From assembly GCF_018350175.1 (NCBI RefSeq), contig NC_058375.1, forward strand, positions 114,018,001 through 114,082,000: a stretch of DNA of 64,000 nt, in the 5' to 3' direction. Shown here in pieces: positions 27,030 through 40,067 of this stretch. The notes under the pieces are model-generated. The model did not search any database, was not told the origin of the DNA, and saw only the letters and a list, made by a program, of their open reading frames with translations. Made by a program: the position numbers and the translations under genes. Origin of the DNA: Felis catus (lineage: Eukaryota). Within the stretch, counting starts at the first letter, position 1; the number at the start of each line of letters is the position of its first letter.

Positions 27030-28060
27030 TGCCAGTGACTTCTGAGTTTATACTCTGTGCTCATAAATGCAGCTGTCTGCTTCACAGATCCACTTGGGTG
27101 TCTAACAGATGTGTCAAACTTTGCACGTCTAAATTTCTTATGTCCTGCTTCTCCCCCAGCCCACCTTCCACCCATATCCTTCACCATCAGGTGACAGCAA
27201 CCCCATACTTGACACTGACTGTCTTGAATCCCTTCCCTCAGCCCAGGTCCAAGGTAGGAACAAGCTCTCTGGTTCTGCCTCCAGGATCTGTCCTGCAGCT
27301 GACCACTTCCCATCATCTCTATTGCCACCACTGCAGTCTGGGCCACCAGCATTTCTCTCCTCAACAACTGTAGTCTTCAATGAACTGACCTCCCAGCTTC
27401 CACTTTTGTCAATTCCCAACACAAGTGCAAGTGAGATCCTCTTAATCCTTAAGGCAGGTCGTACTGAAACTCTCTAATGGCTTCCTGCTGTATTCAGGGT
27501 AAAAGAAACATCCTTCAAATGAGCTACCAGTCCCTGCTGATCTGCACACCCATTAATTCTCTGAATTCACCCCTAATCTTCTCCCTTTTCTACATCTGAC
27601 CAAGCCACAGAAGCCAGCTTTCCATCTTTCCAGTTGACCTCCTCATTGTCCTTAAAGCATACCAGGGATGCTCCTTTGTCAGGGTCTTTCACTGAGATTC
27701 CCTCTGTCTAGAATGTTCTTCCCTGGATGCCTACACAACCCACACCTCACTGTCTCCCTGTCTCTGATCAAATGATACCTTATGGAAGAGGCCTCCCACA
27801 TTTATGCTATTTAAAATTGCAAACCCCCCTTCTGTCTACATACCCAATCCCTTCTCTCAACCCTACCTATTTTGTCTACCATTTTACTGTATCTTCTAAA
27901 CCATTGTATACTCTGCTTATGCGCTCAGTTTATGATTTGTTGCCTATCTCTCCACACAAGAAAGTAAGCTCCATAGAGTTGTTCTCTCTTGCTCACTGAG
28001 TATCAATGTAGTAAACAGTAGGTGCTCAATAAATGATTTTTGATTGATTGGATGAATGCA
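27030..28060 (+). mobile_element. L2 3' end (about 1 kb)
   Basis: cacttgggtgtctaacag, cttcaaatgagctacc, ccctctgtctagaatgttctt, ending gtaggtgctcaataaatg followed by a GAAT-type tail. Confidence 0.8.
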
Positions 28061-28104
28061 TGTATGAATGAATGGATGAATGGATGGTTGGATGGGTGGA
28101 TGGA
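28041..28104. repeat. (GAAT/GGAT)n low-complexity L2 tail
   Basis: tgattgattggatgaatgcatgtatgaatgaatggatgaatggatggttggatgggtggatgga. Confidence 0.85.
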
Positions 28105-28899
28105 CATTTCCGGAGTGCAACAGTCAGCTGAAGCTGCCCGCTTTTAGTGAAGCCTCTTTAGTTAGCTGCAGTGTATCTGGCCTTCTTTTGTTTGTTATTA
28201 CGTGCCTGACACTGAGAAGCATAATAAGAGGTGAGTGGGGATGAGGGGTGACACAAGAGCCTCACTTTTTTTTAAATGGTAAAGAAATAGTGATACAAGT
28301 AAAGAGAGCTTTCTGCACATAGATGAAGGGCAATTTAAAGAAGGGAGAAAAACACAGCGAAGAGGTGGTGAAGTTGATGCACACCATGAATGGATCCTCT
28401 TTAGTAGTCTTTATGGATGCACAGAAATGATGTAATCCTTTTGATTACTTGTGACTACTGGGCTGTATTGTTGGGTCGCAACAATTTTATCTCCCAGGTA
28501 CTTACAGGGATAACTGGCTCCAAATTGATCTGAAGCAGAACACTTTTGAATGATGCCACTTAAGAGCTCCTGAGAGGAAACATCTAGCATTGCTGATAAG
28601 TTGTGTGCAATTTCTGATAGATATTAATGAGATAAAAAGGCTGTTTAGGAAATGCAATTTACCCATCTAGCTCACATTGATTACTGTCACCTTTAACCAG
28701 ATATTCCAAAATGCAATGACCTTTAACCAGCTTTGTGACTATCCTAATGATGTTTAACCAAACATCATTTTCATGGCTAATCTCCTACAAAATACGGCCA
28801 CCAAGAGGCAATTTAGATTTGCTTTCTTGAAAGCTTTCCTCTTACCCACTTCCTCTTACCAAGCTTAAAATGAAACTTGGAGATGTGCACACAGTCATA

Positions 28900-29060
28900 T
28901 CTGAGATGTTGCTTTAATGCTGTTATTTTCCCTGTTTCATAAATGAGGAAAGTAGGACAAGATGAGAGTAAATAACTTGTCTAACTATGAAGTGACAGAG
29001 CCAGAAACGTGAGCCACGCTACCTGTCACTGAAGCCTGTATTCTCAAACACTGTGCACCT
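28900..29060 (-). mobile_element. MIR fragment
   Basis: gttattttccctgtttcataaatgaggaaag...aaataacttgtcta...gtgacagagccaga. Confidence 0.65.
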
Positions 29061-31169
29061 TCTCTCCAATGGAAGATGATCCAGCTCCTTACAAGCAAAC
29101 TCTCAGCATGCATTAGGACATCACTTCTGCCAAGAGCGGGAGGGAGGGAGGCTTCATGTAGTTGCCCACTGATTCCAGAAACTCATTAGCAAACTTAGAG
29201 CTGCAAGGTTAGACTTTTTCAAGATATTTTCGGTAGATAAAGAGGTCTTAATGACAGTGAAAACTGTGTTAAATGGGAAGAAATAAACCCGAGGTAGAGA
29301 ATAAAGGACATATTATATAATTAGTACAATGCTATGTATTTCATTCTATAAATTCTATAAATTCAGGGATAAAGCAAGAGGAAAAGAGGTTTTGATCTTG
29401 TTTTCAATCTCTTTTCACTACCAAATTGTTGAATTCTTAAAATTATTAAGAAAAATAGAAAATATACTCAGGACCCAAAGTTGGCCTTTGAATTCAGGGC
29501 TATAGACTTCATGGCCGGTCCACCAGGATGTCATGGAGCCCTTGACTGAGAACCCACACATAACCAGGGTTCAAGGTGTTTCACTAACATCAACAAAGCT
29601 CATGTTTCTATCTCCGTCATTTAGCAGAGTCAGTGTCTTCTTTGGGCACAAAAATTTTAATGCCAGAAATTTCTGAATTTAGTATCAAAAGTTTAAGATG
29701 AACAAAATCTTAGTATTAATATTTGAGGGTTAAGAAGGAATAAGGTACTGAAAGAGAAAAATGGTCCCAAACCTGATCTCAGCCAGAAACTTTTGTATAA
29801 TATAATCTACATCTTGCTGGGAAGAAATTAGTATAATTGACTATGATAAATATGCTTAAGCATATTTATCATGGATTTTAATAGGATTAAGACCAATGTC
29901 AGTCCATGGTCAACCTTACAGGGAACCTGACTTAAACAGTCTTGCATCAAGTCCAGGAGTTTAATAATCATTAATTAATTTTTTTAATTCAGTCTAACAA
30001 GGGACATATTTAAAAGGCCCCTAAAAAAAGCCTCTGCCAAGAATGGATCTTTGAATTGGCCGGAGATGGGTCTTTTATCTTGTAGCAAGACTGAAATAAA
30101 ACTTTGAATTTGCATTTGTAATTTTAAAGAAATTTGGCCTATGTGGCCTAATTTGGCCTTATAAACACCAATTTAAAAAGTGTAAGATGACCAACTTAGA
30201 CCTTAAAAATCTTCCTTAGTAGAACATCTAAGATAAATAAAGTTCACCAAAGTTAAATGTTCGTTTTCTGGATGCTTAACTTGTAGAAATATTTGTGGCA
30301 TTAATGCAGTAACCTGAACAACTTGGAAAGCAAATAAATCATATTATAAACGTAGTTTAATACATTTGAAGGTATTTAAGTCACTAAGTCCATAAATGGG
30401 CTTAAGCATTATTCAAAGGGCTTTAGACCTGAGTGCTAATACTTGCTAGACTTACAAGAAGAATACGGTTTTAGAAGCTGAATTTACAAAGTTGAAAAGA
30501 AAACCGTAAAAAAGCAAGATTTTGAATTCATAATTTTAAGAAATTTAGCATCACTCTTTGAAAGAAAAATGACCTTACAAACAGTCTAACTTGCATGAAA
30601 AAATCCTCCTTTGTGCATGCCACACTTTCATCATACCTGTTGTTGGCTGATTATTCCAACAGGAATTCAATTTTACCTTCCTAACCCTCTTTATGGGGGA
30701 CACCGTGCTCATCCACAGGCTCTACACAGTGCCCTTGATTCTCACCTTGAAAGCAACTTCCACTTGTTGGACGCTGAATTCTATCTCTAGTTCCCCTGCA
30801 TCAGTGTGGCTCTGTCACTTTAGTGAGTACTTTTTGGTGAAAATAGTAGATTTTAGGTTCATTCTGTTAATCAAATTCTTCTCCCAAATGTTCTAAACTC
30901 CCTTAAATAGTATTTAGGTGAATGTATCTCTTGAAAACCAGCTAACCTTGGATTTTATGTTACTTTTCTTAATTTGTAAGTGTCAGGGAAAAACTGTTAC
31001 ATCCTTTTATTTTCATTATTTGTTTTTAATATTGGACAGTGGTTCTTTGTATTTTTTTTATGATTTCTGAGTATTTCTTCTTATTTTACACATTGTTCCT
31101 GTTTGGCCTTTGCCTGTTACGCTCTTTGGCATTGATACAACATGTGAAGGCTGTTGCCACTGACTGATG

Positions 31170-31800
31170 TGGTGGCATTTCCAAAATTTAAATTATGTAT
31201 CTGCTTTGACTTAGCAATTCCATTTCTTGGAATAATGCCCTAGAAATACTTTCTTAAATGCACAAGGATATACAAGATAATTATCATTACTTTTTTTTAT
31301 TTTTTAACATCTATTTATTTTTGAGACAGGATGTAAGTAGGGAAGGGGCAGAGAGAGGTGGGCTCCAGGCTCTGAGCTGTCAGCACAGAGCCTGATGTGG
31401 GGTTCAAACCCACAAACCATAAGATCATGACCTGAGCCAAAGTCAGACATTTAACTGACTAAGCCACCCAGGTGCCCCAAAATTATAACCGTTATTAACA
31501 ACTTAAAAAAATGGAAACACAGTCCACCATTTTGGGAACAGTTAAAGAAATGGTGGTACATCCATACTACAGAATGTTATGAGGCAATTAAAATGAATAC
31601 ATACATCTATATGTAAGGATGCTGGAAAGTTCTACATGTGTAATATAATATTAAGTACAGAAACCGCACTGCAGAATAACATGTTTAGTTTCTGCTGTTA
31701 TGGCCCTCATCATTATAAAGAGAAAATAAGGTCTAGAAGGAAATGGTCCAAAATGGTAATCTGTTAATAGTGGTTAAATGTGGGAATGAAAGTACCATCC
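31170..31800 (+). mobile_element. Old L1M 3' fragment interrupted by a SINE
   Basis: tgctttgacttagcaattccatttcttgg...aaatggtggtacatccatactacagaatgttatgaggcaattaaaa. Confidence 0.6.
31291..31478 (-). mobile_element. Can-SINE
   Basis: Reverse-complement head and T-rich tail. Confidence 0.92.
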
Positions 31801-32679
31801 CACTCTTTATTGATTTCCGGCTTGGTCATTGCTTTTACAATGAAACTGGAGAGAGATATATACACGAGCTTACATTCATATTTTATTTTGCTATTAGACA
31901 AAAGCAAAGAGAAACTTTTCTTTTAAGAAATGGTCTGTCAGAAGAGTGAGTCAGGCTGTCCCAAGACACAGTGTCAGCCCAGGTTGGGGACCAGCTGGAC
32001 AACAGAAGAGGATCAGGTGAATGAGTCTTGTTTTCTGCTTAAAGCTACAGAGGCTCAGTGAGCCCCCAGGTCCCTTACTAAAGCAGAGCAGACACTCAAA
32101 CCCAGGTCCAACTGACCAACCTCCACCTTCCTCATTAAACTCTGAAAATAAAATTCAGTGGGTGAGGCCTCTGTTCCTCTGGAACACAGCCCACCTGGTA
32201 ATAGAGTCCTAATGATCACATTCATTATGGCCCTCTATTGATCCATGTAAATTTTAAAAGTCTCGTGTAAAAATTAAAAAAAAGAGCATCTTTTGTCTGA
32301 GAAAATAAGCACGCAATGGTGTGTGTCCCTGAGTAGCTATCCTTCTATGACAGTTATTTATTTAAACACACACACTGTTAGATACATGCACATCCCCCCA
32401 AAAAATCCCCAACCTGAACACAGCTAGAGGAACTCATCTGTTTAGATGAGCCTGAAAAAATACTCAGTGTATGTCTATAAACACCCACAGAAAAATTTTG
32501 TCCTCAGTATGAAATTTCCCCTTTCCGCATTCCCCATAACAGATTGAAATGAGTAGGACATCCATTGGCAGACCTTTGAAATTCCCAAATGTTCAGATAA
32601 ATGGTTACCTACAAATGAGTCTGAATGTATTTATGCTCCATTGAGTTACTTCCCTTTTTAAGAATTCTCATCCCTTCTT

Positions 32680-32867
32680 NNNNNNNNNNNNNNNNNNNNN
32701 NNNNNNNNNNNNNNNNNNNNNNNNNNNNNNNNNNNNNNNNNNNNNNNNNNNNNNNNNNNNNNNNNNNNNNNNNNNNNNNNNNNNNNNNNNNNNNNNNNNN
32801 NNNNNNNNNNNNNNNNNNNNNNNNNNNNNNNNNNNNNNNNNNNNNNNNNNNNNNNNNNNNNNNNNNN
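32680..32867. other. Assembly gap (188 N)
   Basis: Run of N. Confidence 1.
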
Positions 32868-33459
32868 ATTTTGGTCAGATAGCTTCTCTGAAAGCTTTTG
32901 AAACCTATTTCTATGCCTCTCCATTCTAACAATTACCATAATCCCATTTTACCCCCACAGTTGGATCTTCATTATAATTGAAATTTGTTGTAATTACAGC
33001 AGATGCAGACATTAAGGAATTAAGTGAATAAAAAGAAAAGTGTCAGAAGTCAGCTTCCTAAATTTCCCAGGGTCTAGTTCACAGCAGGCAGCCAATTGTC
33101 AACTGTTGCTGAGAAGATCCCAGGATAATGGAGGAAGCAATGGTGGTGCACCTCCCGGGAGTACTGTCCACCTTTCACCCAGAGCCAGGCATCCACAGCA
33201 GCACAGCTCTTCCCTGCCCTGGCTTTTGATGGCCAAATGGGAAGGTCCTCTCTCCACTCTTCTGCAAACCTAAGGTTCATGACCAAGAGATGCTCAGTGC
33301 TCTGCAAAGGCCACTTCTTTAAAGCAGAGGATGTTCTGATTCAAGAAGAATGTTATCAGTGTTATCTATTCCAAAACTGCTAATATGAGGAGCAAGCTGA
33401 GGCCATGAAACTAATAGCAAATCATTGCTACCTGGTCACCTTACAAACAAAGATACATA

Positions 33460-33530
33460 CCCCCCCCCCCACACACACACGCTTTCTCCAATAACAAAAT
33501 AATGTTGTTGTTGTTGTTGTTGTTGTTGTT
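33460..33530. repeat. C11(AC)5 and (GTT)9 simple repeats
   Basis: Read directly at 33460-33480 and 33504-33530. Confidence 0.95.
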
Positions 33531-33930
33531 TTTTAATCACAAGGGAAGAGAATTCCCTATCAGTCTGACATGGGTCATTCAGACTAAATAAGGCAGAATT
33601 GAATTTCTGTAATCAATCCATTTGTCTCCATGGCCTAGAAGTGATTCAACAGAATGGAAAAGCACCACACAATTTACATACGGGCTCTGGACTTTACGGG
33701 AGAGAAATCTGGTCTGGGTTCATCTACTACATATCAGTTAGGTAAATGGTTCTGCGTGCCTTGCACTGGGATGCTTTTGTGTACCATCATATAGATGGTG
33801 TATCAATTGTTATGTTAAAGTGAGTCAGGAAATGCAGAGGGCTTTCCAGATTATTACAGGGGTCTCATTCTTAAACATTAGAACATCATTCATATCCCAC
33901 TATGAATGAGAACAATTCTATTGTCTGGTT

Positions 33931-34056
33931 CAGTGCTTCTCAAATTTTGGTTGAAATGTGATACAGTAGGTCTGGGGTAGAAAGTGAGGTTCTGTATTTA
34001 TAATAAGCTCCCTAAAGATGCCAGAGAACTGCTAGTCCTCACCTTGAATACCAAAG
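33931..34056. mobile_element. MER5A-like hAT-Charlie fragment
   Basis: cagtgcttctcaaa...cagtaggtctggggtag...ttctgtatttataataagctccc. Confidence 0.65.
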
Positions 34057-34184
34057 ATTGATTTCTAGTTCAAGGCTCGAGTTCTAGTCCATAACCATCC
34101 TGTAGAGATGGATCAGGGGATTGCAAGTTGTGAGGACTATTTTTTCCCCTTTTTTGGTTCTTGGGCTCTTTTTGCAATTATTTC

Positions 34185-34216
34185 TTTTTTTAATGTTTTA
34201 ATATTTATTTATTTTT

Positions 34217-34252
<36 letters not shown>

Positions 34253-34427
34253 AGACAGAGCACAAGTAGGGGAGGGGCAGAGAGAGAGGGAGACACAGAA
34301 TCTGAAGCAGGCTCCTGGCTCTGAGCTGTCAGCACAGCAGCTGACGCAGGGCTCGAACCCATGGACTACGAGATCATGACCTGAGCTGAAGTCAGACACT
34401 CAACCAACTGAGCCACCCAGGTGCCCC
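34185..34427 (-). mobile_element. Feliform Can-SINE
   Basis: Full body with (AG)n and gagacacagaatctgaagcaggctcc. Confidence 0.95.
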
Positions 34428-34468
34428 ATAATTTTGTGTAATTTTAAACTGAAACATTATAGTTCTCT

Positions 34469-34640
34469 GGGGCAGCTGGGTGACTCAGTCGGTTAAGCAT
34501 CCTGCTCTTGGTTTTGGCTCAGGTCATGATCTCATGATTCTTGAGATCGAGCCCCATGTTGGGATCTGTGCTGACAGCGTGAAGCCTGCTTGGGATTCTC
34601 TCTCCCTCCCTCTCTCAGAATAAATAAATAAGCATTAAAA
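34469..34640 (+). mobile_element. Can-SINE
   Basis: Approximate TSD a(a/c)acattatagtt(c/t)tc. Confidence 0.93.
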
Positions 34641-35339
34641 ACACATTATAGTTTTCCAATGTGTTATGTATCAGATTTTAATACACCACACTAGCTATAT
34701 GCTAGTTTTGTGCTCTGGAGTAGCTCTGGAGAACTCGATGTCAATCTTCTTCTGCCTTTTCTGCACTGTATTCGTGGGAATAAGGATGTACTAACATCAT
34801 CGATGAGGAAGGATGCTGCAGTGCACCAGCTGGGTCCCGTTGGGTCTGCTCAGGTCCCAGAAGGTAGAGTGGGCATTGCTACACTTAAACCCACTTAAAT
34901 CTATTTAAACCCAGCCATGCTCGGGAACATCTGCTAGCCACATGCTCTTTCCACTGCATAATAACAGAGCAAAAACAAGTGAATGGATGAACGTGACATC
35001 AGAATAATGTCATATTACAGACAGTAATAGCACTGACTACCCATTTATCTGCCTCTTGTATTTATAAGGAATGAACACAGTTCTCCAATTTGAAATTTAA
35101 AAAATATACCTACTTTTGAACACTTCCGGATAAATCTTATTGCAAAATATCAGCTATTTCAGGGAAAGGTATTCAAAACCTGTATCACTTGGCAGCTGCT
35201 TACGTATGTAAATCAGGGTTTTCTAAACTTTTAAAAGAGTCACATAAAATGAACGCCAAGGCTCACACATGACTGCACATGCGAGTCCTCAAAGTGCTTC
35301 ATTGGTTTCATAAACCAAGTTTAGAAATATTTAATTTGA

Positions 35340-35525
35340 GAGGCGCCTGGGTGGCTCAGTCGGTTATGCGTCCAACTTCGGCTCAGGTCATGATCTCACG
35401 GTTCGTGGGTCCGAGCCCTGCGTCAGGCTCTGTGCTGACAGCTTGGAGCCTGGAGTCTGCTTCAGATTCTGTGTCTGTCTCTGTCTCTCTCTCAAAAATA
35501 AATACACATTAAAAAATTTTTTTAA
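35340..35525 (+). mobile_element. Feliform Can-SINE with a shortened CT region
   Basis: Perfect 17-bp TSD agaaatatttaatttga (35323-35339 and 35526-35542). Confidence 0.96.
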
Positions 35526-36049
35526 AGAAATATTTAATTTGATCTTCAAATATTGCTTTTAATCTTTTATAGATAGCCTTATGGTTTTATTTGGCAGAAT
35601 AAAAAATTATCATTGCCAAAAAACAAAAAAAACAGAGAGAAAAACCTCTTATATATAGGACAAGAAGGACACAGGTCATGATTGGGTTCATTGAATCTCC
35701 TTCCAAGGTTTTATTTTGCAGGCTGGCCTGGCTGCTGTGGTCACCACCATGGCCTCTGGAACCCACAAAGAGAGAGAGTGTGAACATCACGACACCAGCA
35801 GGGCCTGAAATATCCAGGTTGCTGATCCATTTGGGCATGTCTTCTGGGAAGATTCTTTGATTTTCACTTTACAGGTCATGCTATAAAATTAAACCTGAGC
35901 TGGGGAATGAGGAGGTCTACCAGAAGGTCTCATTTTTGAGCATGGAAACTCTGCTATGAGGAAGGGCTGGTCTGGGACTGTCCCCTTGTGTTCTAGCTGA
36001 GGAACAGTGTGGGCTCCTTCACAGACAGGGTGCATTTAGACAACCCGGA

Positions 36050-36200
36050 CGTCACACTGGGGAGCTCCAAGTTCAAATCCTAGTCTGCCATTTTCTAGCG
36101 TGTGTGGCATTTGAAGTTTTGCAGGCTTTTCTCAGCTTTAATTTCCTCTTTAGTAAAATGGAGCTAAAAATCATCTCCATATCATTTTGAAAATCAAGTA
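36050..36200 (+). mobile_element. MIR fragment
   Basis: aagttcaaatcctagtctgccattttctagcgtgtgtgg...tttcctctttagtaaaatgg. Confidence 0.65.
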
Positions 36201-36949
36201 AGGTCTGGTAGAACATGACTCCATGTAAATAAACCCATTATTCTTTTCACGTATACTTGTAGGTGGTTTGTGACCCAGACCCAGACTGTGTGTTTTCTTT
36301 TCTTTCTTTCTGTAACAGATACGTATTTCCCAGCTCATGGAGAGGGAGATTTATTTGGTCTGCACATGGCTAAGCCCAGTTTGCTCACTGGGCTTGTTGA
36401 TGCAGATCTGACATTTCTATTCTCTGTCGCTAACCTCAGGAGCTGCTAAGAAAGGTCACACTAAATCTTTGCTCATTTAACTTTTACCAGTGTCCTGTCC
36501 ACTGCAGCAAACCTGGCCTCCTGGAGGGAACTGAGCAGTCACTGCTCTGGTTTAGTTAAGATCTGTGTCTGGGGCTTGAGGCCTGAACCCCGCAGGGGCA
36601 ATGCCCTGCCTTGTGGTAAACTGCCAGTGACCGCAGGTTGTGGCTAGTCATTCCAACCACAGCCAGGGAAGAGTCTGGTTGGCCCCGGACTTTGTGTCTG
36701 TTCCAGGCACAGGCTCTGAATCCGATCTGACCTCAAATGCTATGACCCTTGCACGAGGAGATTATGGAGAACACAAAAAAGAAAGAAAATACCGAATCCT
36801 TCCTACGATAATTATACACACATTTTTTCCCCCCTTTCAACTTGTTTAGACTCTTCAATATCTAATTTACATGTGTGGAAAATGGGAGCTGAAAAGCCTT
36901 CCATTAAGGAGAAGCTTAGTTGAAAATATTCAAAATTTAAGCCATCTTA

Positions 36950-37420
36950 GGTCAAGAAGGAGACACAGGTCCACAGAGCACAGTTAAGAGCTGAACCCCA
37001 AGCCGGCCGGGGGGAGCCAGGATGCAGCTGGACCTCAGAGAAGCTGAGCCTGCACACCTGGATACAACTAGGGGGTTCATGGCACCCTGGCCTTGGCTGC
37101 GCTCTGTGGGTTGATTTCCCTCACTCTGCCTCTGTCCCATCTTCCTCCCTGTGACAGGGAGGATTGCTGGGAATCGCCAAGTTTTGCAACCCAAGGTGTC
37201 CCCTATGAGAAAAGAGCTTTCCTCTCTAATGTCAAGTTTGGGACCTCCCAGAGGGGGCCAATTTGGCCCAGATTGATGGGTCAGTCCACTCTGGCCAGGG
37301 GCTAGAAGCCACGGAAGAATACATTTCCCACAGAAATATGGGGTGCGAAGGGCAGGAGGAGGAGTGACCCCAGACAACAGCAGGACAAGAGGCCCCAGAC
37401 ACATAAAATTATAGATGGCT
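36950..37420. mobile_element. Probable old MLT1-type LTR
   Basis: GC-richer block with ctaatgtcaagtttgggacctcccagagg...atttggcccagattgatgggtcagtccactctggccagggg, a motif recalled from MLT1J/K/L. Confidence 0.5.
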
Positions 37421-37508
37421 TCTAAAGGACTGTCCACAGTCCCCATTTTAACACACTAACCCTCACACAGCCTGCATTCACTTTCACTTTTGTATGAGAA
37501 TCCTGTCA

Positions 37509-37728
37509 GGGGTGCCTGGATGGCACCAATGTTAAGCGTCTGACTCTTGGTTTCAGCTCAGGTCATGGTCTCGCAGTTTCATGAGTTCAAGTCCCACATT
37601 GGGTTCTGTGCTGGTGGTGCAGAGTGTGCTTGGGATTCTCTCTCTCCCTCTCTCTCTCTCTACCCTACCCCTTTCACGCTTTCTCTGTCTCTCTCAAATC
37701 AATCAACTTTAAAAAAAATATTAAAAAG
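37509..37728 (+). mobile_element. Can-SINE
   Basis: Head, CT-rich body and A tail. Confidence 0.92.
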
Positions 37729-38467
37729 AAAGAATCTTCTCTGTCATTTGAGGCTCCACACATGACATCCCAAAACTGAACCCTCATTCCCAGACTACTC
37801 TGTCTCTTTTCAAAATTAATAATGCACACAGCAAAGTTCAGCCCGTCACTGTTCATCAACTGTATTTTTATTCCATTGGAATTGAATGACATGCTGACAG
37901 ATCTTACATGACTGGGGCCACCTGGCATTTCTGTTTAATATTTCCCTGCATGGCTAAGAAAAAAGTTGCTTTCACTCCCTCCTACATCTTTGGTAGGTAC
38001 CACCACTCATCCACTGTAGTCTTTCACCTTTGAGTCTAAATTCTATCTGGGAATCCCTTGGAATATTGTCCAAAGCCACCGTCACTAGCATCATGGTGGG
38101 TACAAACATTGCATCCGATTTGCCAGCTCTAGAGTTTCAGGAAATAAATCATACACTGTGCTCTTCCCTTTTCTGTCTGAATTTTCCCAAAATATTTATA
38201 GACGTGAAAGAATGTTAACCTCCCTACCATTTCAATAAATGCTACACTTGGTGTGCTAGACTTTGTGCCACGCTATCACATCATTATTTCAGCTAATCAA
38301 TAAAACACCCCTGTGAGACAGTTATCGCTATCTCTAGGAAAGTGAGGATCACATATTAAGCAGCTTATTTAAGATTACAGAAGTGTAAAAGGCAGGCTGT
38401 AAATCTCGGTCTGTACAAATCAAAGGAAGAAGTTCTAGGCATCAGAATTAGAAGGAGAAAAAGGGGG

Positions 38468-38690
38468 GGGGCGCCTGGGTGGCCCAGTCGGTTAAGCATC
38501 CGACTTCAGCTCAGGTCACGATCTCGCAGTCTGTGAGTTCGAGTCCTGCGTCGGGCTCTGCGCTGATGGCTCAGAGCCTGGAGCCTGCTTCCGATTCTGT
38601 GTCTCCCTCTCTCTCTGACCCTCCCCCATTCATGCTCTGTCTCTCTCTGTCCCAAAAATAAATAAACGTTAAAAAACAAAAAATAAAAAA
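38468..38690 (+). mobile_element. Feliform Can-SINE (SINEC_Fc-like), relatively young
   Basis: gcgctgatggctcagagcctggagcctgcttccgattctg...aaataaacgttaaaa; many CpGs are intact. Confidence 0.96.
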
Positions 38691-39009
38691 AGAGGGAAAA
38701 AAGGGGGTAGAGGATTCACTTTAAAGGAAAAATGTTTGTTTTATTGAGAAAAAGGCAAAAAAAGGAGGGCCAAGGTCTGCTTATGATCCTCTCATTCTCT
38801 TTAACACCAGCTTTTGAAGTCACTTTGTCTACACTACTGAACACCTCCTGGTGATTACTCTGACGTACTATATACTTCAGGGTAGCATTTCCAAAAGTTT
38901 CTTGTGTGGATGAGTAGTCTGTAAAGAAGGGTTTCATGGTAAATATATCTGTGATGCTGTGAACTTCTTCTAACTAATTCCCCTCTTGCATAGCTTAGAA
39001 GTGTATGGT

Positions 39010-39010
<1 letters not shown>

Positions 39011-39038
<28 letters not shown>
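39011..39038. repeat. (CA)14 microsatellite
   Basis: Read directly. Confidence 0.97.
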
Positions 39039-39042
<4 letters not shown>

Positions 39043-39299
39043 GCCACCACCACATGACACACTGGGAAATCCTGCAGTAAAGAAACCCATTTAATTTTAC
39101 TTACTCCAGCATTTCTCAAACTTATTTGAACAAAGAAATCATTTTTCAAAGAATACCATTAACATCAGGCAGAACTAGAGTGTTGTTCCCCACTGTGTAG
39201 AGAAAATTTGGATGAAACTGTACTATGATGAGCTCAATAAGGAAATTTCATTGTTTAATCTGCTGACACAATATTTCTAAAAGAGTGATAAACAGACAT

Positions 39300-39445
39300 C
39301 CTGGGGTGTCTGATAAAATGCAGATTCCATGTCTCTAGCTCATTTGGACTTAATCAGAATGTCTGGGGTTATAGAGTCCAGAAATCTGCATTTTAAAAAA
39401 GCATCCTAAGTGATTTTTATGCATTATAAAAGTTGAAGCTATTCT
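39300..39445. mobile_element. MER5-like hAT-Charlie fragment
   Basis: tgataaaatgcagattcc...aatcagaatgtctgggg...aaatctgcattttaaaaaagcatcctaagtgatt. Confidence 0.65.
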
Positions 39446-40067
39446 CCAACAGGGTTGGGGTTAAATCTTAAGATTACCTTTAATCCATTGGTAGTATTGG
39501 AAATTGTGCTAGGTTAACACCTGCAGTCTGGTATGGATCTTTATTTGAAGTCATTTGTGTTAATTAATACAAAGACTCAGGTGAAGTCAACCATTTGCCT
39601 ACAGAGACCGCCATTAGGTAGCCTTTACCTTGGAAAGCATTCCATCCAAAGGTAAGGCTCTCAGCCTCCAAGCACTGAAATCCAATTTTCACAGATGATC
39701 AGGACCACTAATCATCAATATTATGACTCATGCAAGCAAATCTAACAAGAGCCTGGTGCATACTAGAATTCCAGTTTAAGGATGTACACTGAAAAGTTGA
39801 ATTTACAAAGGGCCTGGTATTCCCACCAGATTGACCAACACATCCTTTTCCTGTAGGTAAGCTCCATGGATCGATTACAAAATATCAGGAGGCCAGCCAT
39901 TTAAACTTAAAATCGGAATAAGGATGGTTCAAGGATTTTTGGTTTAATGCCAGTACTGTCTGACAGATTGAATGATCCAAATCCACATTAGTGAGTGAAC
40001 CCACACAAGTTTTGTTGGCCCCCAGGATACTTCTTACTCCAAATTGCTTGGATTCAGGCAGGAAGGT

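Noticed and set aside
26855-27373. 172-aa ORF
   Set aside because: It overlaps a degraded L2 and has no recognisable homology.
36372-36395. 9-bp perfect hairpin aagcccagt-ttgctc-actgggctt
   Set aside because: Too short for a pre-miRNA, and isolated stems of this size are expected by chance.
36952-37446. 164-aa minus-strand ORF
   Set aside because: It coincides with a probable LTR relic and is not a Caspr peptide.
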